Assembly (NCBI GenBank): GCA_965219845.1
Contig: CBDCOP010000006.1
Span: 628,496 to 692,495, forward strand
Reading direction: 5' to 3'
Origin: Dehalococcoidia bacterium
GTDB lineage: Bacteria > Chloroflexota > Dehalococcoidia > Lucifugimonadales > Australimonadaceae
Length of the DNA: 64,000 nucleotides
The notes beneath the pieces are model-generated. The model was given only the letters and a program-made list of their open reading frames with translations. It was not told the DNA's origin and made no database searches. The translations under genes and the position numbers were made by a program. Below are positions 62,825-64,000 of the stretch, piece by piece; position 1 is the stretch's first letter; each line of letters begins with the position of its first letter.

Positions 62825-63049
62825 CAAGGCACGACTGGAGGGCCACCACCAACCCGCGCCACTCCATCGGTAACAGCGTACTCGGACACGGGGCGACCGG
62901 GAAAGAGGCAGATGTCACAGTGTGAGACGGGCTGCACTCTTGACGGAATACCCGGCCTTGCCGACGGGTGTAAAGTTCGTGCTGGGTCTGAGACGCCCAG
63001 CACTCGAGCGTCTCGACGAGCTGAACACTCCATACCAGGAGGGGCCGCG

Positions 63050-64000
63050 ATGCTTTCGCAGCAGGACAACGAACGGTACACGCGCGTCGGCAAGGGCACG
63101 CCGATGGGCGAGTTGATGCGCCGTTACTGGCACCCCGTCGCCGGGACGTCCCAGATGATGGGCGAGGACCCCACGATGGCGGTCCGGATCCTAGGCGAAG
63201 ACCTCGTCCTGTACCGGACGCCGGACAACGAGTTCGGCCTCATTGAGCAGCGCTGCGCCCATCGCGGCGTCGATCTGCTCTACGGCATCCCTGAGAAGGA
63301 AGGGATCCGGTGCTGCTACCACGGCTGGCTGTACGACTTCAGCGGCCAGTGCCTGGAGCAGCCCTCCGAGCCGACAGGCAGCACGTACAAGGACAAGATC
63401 AAGCTCACCGCCTACCCGGTGCAGGAGTTGCACGGGCTCATCTGGGTCTACCTGGGGCCGCAGCCCGCGCCGCTGCTCCCCCGCTGGGACGTCTTCGCAT
63501 GGGAGACCAACGTCACGAGGCGCATCCAGGCGTCCACGCTGCCGTGCAACTGGCTGCAGTGCGTCGACAATGCACTCGACCCGACGCATTTCGAGCACCT
63601 GCACGGCTACTACGGCACCTGGATCAACGCTCAGAAGGGCCAGGGCGAGGAGTGGGCGAACCGCCTGCCGCAGCGGGCGAAACACCATCTCAAGCTGGGG
63701 TTCGAGCGGTTCGAGCACGGGGTCGTCAAGCGGCGGGTCACGGCGGGTATCGACGAGACGCATCCCGACTGGCAGACCGGCCACCCCATCGTCTTCCCCT
63801 ACACGCTGAAGATCGGCGGCGGTGAAGGCGCGCACCGCTTCCTGCTCCGCGTCCCCATCGACGACGAGCACACGTGGTACGTGCGCTACACCACGACCGT
63901 CCATCCGGCAGACGCCGGCGTGCCGGTGCAGGGGTTCGGCTCCATCCCGGTTGAGGAGCACCCGCTCTACGACGAGAAAGGACGCCTGATCAGCACGGAC
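63050..64000 (+). CDS. Rieske (2Fe-2S) non-heme iron oxygenase alpha subunit-type, 3'-partial (runs off the window)
   Basis: ATG 63050 with an RBS 'aggagggg'. It has 'CAHRGVDL...CCYHGWLYD' and 'DPTHFEHLH'. The frame is open to 64000. It is absent from the ORF track because no stop falls inside the window. Confidence 0.85.
   Translation, partial: MLSQQDNERYTRVGKGTPMGELMRRYWHPVAGTSQMMGEDPTMAVRILGEDLVLYRTPDNEFGLIEQRCAHRGVDLLYGIPEKEGIRCCYHGWLYDFSGQCLEQPSEPTGSTYKDKIKLTAYPVQELHGLIWVYLGPQPAPLLPRWDVFAWETNVTRRIQASTLPCNWLQCVDNALDPTHFEHLHGYYGTWINAQKGQGEEWANRLPQRAKHHLKLGFERFEHGVVKRRVTAGIDETHPDWQTGHPIVFPYTLKIGGGEGAHRFLLRVPIDDEHTWYVRYTTTVHPADAGVPVQGFGSIPVEEHPLYDEKGRLISTD

Noticed and set aside
62788-63099. 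103-aa minus-strand ORF in the Rieske upstream region
   Set aside because: It overlaps the RBS and start of the well-supported Rieske gene. It has no recognisable motif and spans the compositional change, so it is likely spurious.

Overview
This is a 64-kb, gene-dense, high-GC bacterial chromosomal segment; hand counts on sampled 60-nt lines give about 65-68% G+C. It is dominated by paralogous catabolic and oxidoreductase genes. These include two xanthine-dehydrogenase/CoxL-type molybdoenzyme loci plus a third FAD subunit at the left edge, two UbiD decarboxylases, two Rieske oxygenases, and two LLM flavin oxidoreductases. Also present are a GMC oxidoreductase, hydantoinase A/B, a CaiB-type CoA-transferase, an HpcH/CitE lyase, two class II aldolases, several cupins, an amidohydrolase, a Zn-ADH, an SDR and a gamma-glutamyltransferase. 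At least a dozen type II toxin-antitoxin (TA) modules or decayed TA remnants are interspersed, along with several families of short dispersed intergenic repeats, one of which looks MITE-like. Two identical tRNA-Met(CAT) genes lie inside a roughly 1-kb tandem segmental duplication. The gene content and repeat families resemble Chloroflexota (SAR202/Thermomicrobia-like) genomes, but that is inference only. No rRNA, CRISPR array, integrase or transposase was seen. The strongest candidate for something new is a 2.5-kb low-GC three-gene cassette at 21081-23577. It encodes a 4-TM protein plus two divergent ComEC-type metallo-beta-lactamase-fold proteins, with all gene junctions overlapping, and it sits directly behind an orphan BrnA-like gene. 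I cannot match it to any named system from memory. Secondary candidates are listed below.
- A DUF4160 gene paired with an unusual pseudo-receiver/DUF2442/XRE fusion.
- A stand-alone CoiA-like PD-(D/E)xK protein.
- A Cro/YdaS-HTH fused to inositol-3-phosphate synthase, driven by a near-consensus leaderless-type promoter.
- A convergent pair of paralogous lipoproteins.
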